A DNA stretch of 63,589 nt, filler included, from Octopus bimaculoides (taxonomy: Eukaryota): assembly GCF_001194135.2 (NCBI RefSeq). It is 11 parts of 10 records of this genome, joined end to end, with 100 filler letters (N's around TTAATTAATTAA, not from the genome) between each part and the next. Parts side by side here need not be neighbours in the genome. Positions count along the whole stretch, not along the records: positions 59,392 to 63,589 come from NC_068995.1; 10 more parts are not named here. One strand, written 5' to 3'. Both the position numbers and the translations under genes were made by a program. Positions within the stretch are counted from its first letter, which is position 1, and each line of letters opens with the position of its first letter. A model generated the notes under the pieces. It did not search any database. It had not been told where the DNA came from and saw only the letters and a list, made by a program, of their open reading frames with translations. Shown piece after piece: positions 61,269 to 63,589 of the stretch.

Positions 61269-61424
61269 ATATATATATATATATGTATAAGAAAGAAAGA
61301 AGGAAAGAAAGATAGATAGATAGATAATATAAATAATATATATATATATATATTATATTATCTATCTATCTATCTGTTTATCTAACTATCTTTCTTTCTG
61401 TGTGTATAAATGCATATGTGTATC

Positions 61425-61460
<36 letters not shown>

Positions 61461-61628
61461 CATACATAGACACGCACATGCATCTGCACAGTTATACTCA
61501 ACAATAACATTTAGTGATATAGGATAATATTTATGCAATGCTAGAGTTGGTATTGTAATAATAACAATAATGATGATGATGATAATGACGACGAAGATGA
61601 TGATAATGAGATTGGCTTCCCAGTGTTG

Positions 61629-61679
<51 letters not shown>

Positions 61680-61985
61680 GCAAGAGTACATCGACAGGCA
61701 TGGCAGAGCTTGGACTTACACTGGAGGTTATGCTTTCATTATGGAATAGGAACAGAGAAAATGATGGTATAAGCTCATGTCAGAAAAGCTCTCCAAGAAG
61801 CACAAAGCCAAGATTCTTCCTCTGAGATCTGCCAATATTTTATGAGACAAGAAATCAAAACTAAATAATCAGATTGTCAACTGTTGATAATGTGTCTCTG
61901 GAAGAAATGGAGAAATTATTGAGATATTAAGATCTGGAAATAGAGATAACCAGAATGAGGGAATTGGAAACAGAAAAGTTTCTTG
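61680..61985 (+). mobile_element. Degenerate R4/Dong REL fragment
   Basis: QEYIDRHG, HWRLC, TEK*WYK, DLEIEITRM; starts right after (ATT)n. Confidence 0.6.
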
Positions 61986-61989
61986 TAAA

Positions 61990-62195
61990 AAGGGGTTTCA
62001 AATTTTGGCACAAGGTGAGATATTTCTGGGAAGGGGATAAGTCAATTACATCGACCTCGGAGCTCAGCTGGTACATATTTTATTGGCCCCCAAAAGGATG
62101 AAAGGCAGAGTCAACCTTGGCAGAATTTGAACTCAGAATGTAAGGATGGACAAAGTGCCACTAAGCATTTTGCTCAGTGTGCCACAGATTCTGCT
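61990..62195 (-). mobile_element. SINE family E
   Basis: Minus head ...AAAATGCTTAGTGGC...CTGAGTTCAAATTCTGCC..GTTGACTCTGCCTTTCATCC. Confidence 0.75.
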
Positions 62196-62218
62196 TTCTT
62201 GCTGCTCTCATGATCCCT

Positions 62219-62263
<45 letters not shown>

Positions 62264-62275
62264 GTGATAATAGTG

Positions 62276-62315
<40 letters not shown>

Positions 62316-62328
62316 CAACAACAATAAC

Positions 62329-62362
<34 letters not shown>

Positions 62363-62824
62363 GTGANNNNNNNNNNNNNNNNNNNNNNNNNNNNNNNNNN
62401 NNNNNNNNNNNNNNNNNNNNNNNNNNNNNNNNNNNNNNNNNNNNNNNNNNNNNNNNNNNNNNNNNNNNNNNNNNNNNNNNNNNNNNNNNNNNNNNNNNNN
62501 NNNNNNNNNNNNNNNNNNNNNNNNNNNNNNNNNNNNNNNNNNNNNNNNNNNNNNNNNNNNNNNNNNNNNNNNNNNNNNNNNNNNNNNNNNNNNNNNNNNN
62601 NNNNNNNNNNNNNNNNNNNNNNNNNNNNNNNNNNNNNNNNNNNNNNNNNNNNNNNNNNCATGTACCCCTGCTAAATAAACGGCAAGTACACATCTCAGTG
62701 TTTATCCAGATTGCAGCTGCTTTCTTTTAAACTTGTTCTACATCAGTGACTGGTCTTCCTGCCCCCCGCCCCGCCCGGCTCACATGCAAACACCCCCATC
62801 CCTTACTTCCTACCACTACCCATC

Positions 62825-62855
<31 letters not shown>

Positions 62856-63122
62856 TGATACGTATTATATTAAGTTTATTCAAGGTACAAATACTATTAA
62901 CCAAAACCATGTCAGGGTGGCTACGGTTAAGAAAATAAGTATAAAAGCTGTAATGCCACCTTCTCAAAGACAACTGTAGAAATATGTAGTTTATTCCATA
63001 TTTATAAATGCTATTTTAATAGAAAAAATGTTCTAAATTTCTTCCGTAAATGTACAGTGTAATGAAAAATTATATATATAGACTCAGGGGTGGCTGTGTG
63101 GTAGGGAGTTTGCTTCCCAAGG

Positions 63123-63589
63123 GCTGCTCTGGGTCAAGAGGCTGGCTGCTGAAAGACCTTATGCCTGGCAGAAGGGTGCTGCACCATGCCACACAAGCAG
63201 GAGAACCCAGTCATTGTTGCTAGACAATTTCTGCGACCACATCACCCCTAATTTCTGGCCACTTAACTCCCTCAGACTGCAACCCCCTTCATTATTATGT
63301 GTGGGGCACAGTTGATCGAGAGACCAACAAAACTCCTTGTAACACCAAAGATGAACTGAAGGCAAGGCATTATGGCAGCATTCACCAACTTCAACAAGGT
63401 GACCATCCAGAAGAGTTGCAGGGGATTCCAATGTCGTCTGGAGACCATGGTTGAAGCCAATGGCAATTTTATTGAATAAATTTACTTTTAAGTATTTCAT
63501 GATATTTTTCTGTAATTTTGGTAAATACAGATGTCAGTGTTATTTTCATTTTTGCATAATTTGGACGACAATATATTCACCACACCCTC
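63123..63589 (+). mobile_element. Tc1/mariner 3' part, same family as 53612, with right TIR at the window end
   Basis: LWVKRLAAERPYAWQKGAAPCHTSRRTQ...FWPLNS/DCNPLHYYVWG...RLETMVEANGNFIE*. Terminal TTTGGACGACAATATATTCACCACACCCTC mirrors the 53612 end. Confidence 0.9.

Noticed and set aside
53612-63589. Tc1/mariner 5' part at 53.6 kb and 3' part at 63.1 kb as one split element
   Set aside because: The two fragments overlap by about 75 bp of coding sequence (LPWV...APCHT) with many differences, so they are separate copies.

Overview
AT-rich, gap-ridden animal genomic DNA, dense in (TA)n, (CA)n, (AAT)n, (TATC)n and (GAT)n microsatellites and in decayed transposons. The SINE and microsatellite repertoire looks like a coleoid cephalopod (Octopus-like); this is an inference. 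There is no prokaryotic gene, CRISPR array, rRNA or true tRNA, and I could not recognise an intact host gene. Almost all long ORFs in the track are microsatellite or N-gap artefacts. Supported content: Penelope-like element (PLE) remnants (GIY-YIG, RT, linker), R4/Dong-type and HERO-type REL-endonuclease LINE remnants, Tx1/L1 and RTE remnants, several Tc1/mariner fragments, a hAT (TTF-zinc finger/DUF4371) pseudogene with nested insertions, three TIR MITEs and at least four tRNA- or RTE-related SINE families. Most interesting signals: (1) four hammerhead-ribozyme folds from different PLE-type families, one intact and one with an unusual G at core position 3, each with its own palindromic stem III; (2) a 211-bp inverted repeat with one mismatch around a 1.24-kb spacer; (3) a MITE with a 7-bp TSD whose removal restores the hAT reading frame; (4) Dong-like LINEs stacked in (AAT)n; (5) a microhomology-bounded templated insertion; (6) several unassigned minus-strand exon candidates, including one encoding a signal peptide. 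Boundaries of decayed elements are approximate, and all alignments and folds were done by eye.
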